Below, piece by piece: positions 63,250 through 64,000 of a stretch of 64,000 nucleotides of DNA. Position 1 is the first letter of the stretch, and each line of letters starts with the position of its first letter. The DNA comes from the human T2T-CHM13v2.0 reference genome, Homo sapiens, in NCBI RefSeq assembly GCF_009914755.1, contig NC_060926.1. One strand, written 5' to 3'. A model generated the notes under the pieces. It saw only the letters and a list, made by a program, of their open reading frames with translations. It did not search any database and had not been told where the DNA came from. A program made the position numbers and the translations under genes.

Positions 63250-64000
63250 TTTTAAATAAATGTCATTTGGTTTCCACTGTAATTTTTATCATTCTCTTGA
63301 TTCTATTCATCTTTAGTTTATTTTGCTCTTTTTTACTTGTTTTTTTTTTCAGGTGGAAAAAAGATAATTGATATGAGATCTTTCTTCTAGTACAGGCATT
63401 TAAAGTAAATTTCCTTGTAAGCATTGCTAACAGCAACCCATACATTTTGATATGTATGTTTTTGTCTTCATTTGGTTCAATCTATTTTCTAATGCCTCTC
63501 ATTATTTATTTTTGGAACCATTTAAAACATGTTGTTTAGTTTCCAGATATTCAGTTATATCCCAACTTATTTTAGTGGACAGAGTATATGATTTGTATGT
63601 CTTCAAACATTTTAAATTTGTTTTACTGCATAGAATATGATCTATTCTAGAGAATGTTTCATGTGCACTTGAAAAGAATGTGTTTACCTCTGTTGTTGGT
63701 AAAATATTCTTATGTAAAGGCTAGTAATATTTAAATTGCTGAAAATGCTGTCAGTCTTCTAAATTGTACATAATTTTCTATTGAGTTTTTCTGTCAATTT
63801 TTAAGAATAAGCTATCAATGTCTTCAAATATTGTCAAATTTCCTAATTCTATTTTTGATTCTATCAATTTTGCTCTGTGTATATTGAATATCTGTTGTGA
63901 AGTGGGTATATATTTATAATTGTATAATTTCCTGATAAATTTACCTTTAGATGATATTTTTGAACCTAAGTCTCTATGTCTAGTGTTAAGGTAGCCACTC
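63250..64000 (-). mobile_element. Old L1M fragment (endonuclease region), runs off the window
   Basis: gcatttaaagtaaatttccttgtaagcattgct; gagaatgtttcatgtgcacttgaaaagaatgtgt; gtatatatttataattgtat. Confidence 0.65.

Overview
AT-rich, gene-poor primate DNA, most likely human because it carries an AluYa5 with all five diagnostic positions. It is not prokaryotic. I find no intact cellular protein-coding gene, RNA gene or CRISPR array, and no evidence for a new biological system. The window is dominated by transposon fossils. These are a full-length minus-strand L1PA3-type LINE-1 (about 12.5-18.6 kb; ORF1 and ORF2 disrupted, antisense ORF0 open), a ~10.4-kb nested composite (old L1MA element > L1PA13-like element > AluYa5; 45.1-55.5 kb), further L1M/L1PB fragments, six near-complete Alus plus an Alu fragment, MaLR/ERVL LTRs (MLT1, THE1, MLT2A2), an ERVL integrase/dUTPase remnant, MIR, L2, L3/CR1 and simple repeats. 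The ORF track misses a TSD-flanked SEC61G processed pseudogene on the minus strand (38.0-38.4 kb). The most unusual signal is a cluster of micro-rearrangements inside the nested L1 composite: a perfect 31-bp inverted repeat with an inverted spacer, a 34-bp triplication, a 25-bp Alu-junction duplication, an inverted fill-in at a deletion, an ectopic ORF1 patch and a ~2.7-kb insertion-associated deletion. Repeat subfamily names come from recalled consensus sequences, not a database search. Boundaries of old repeats are approximate.
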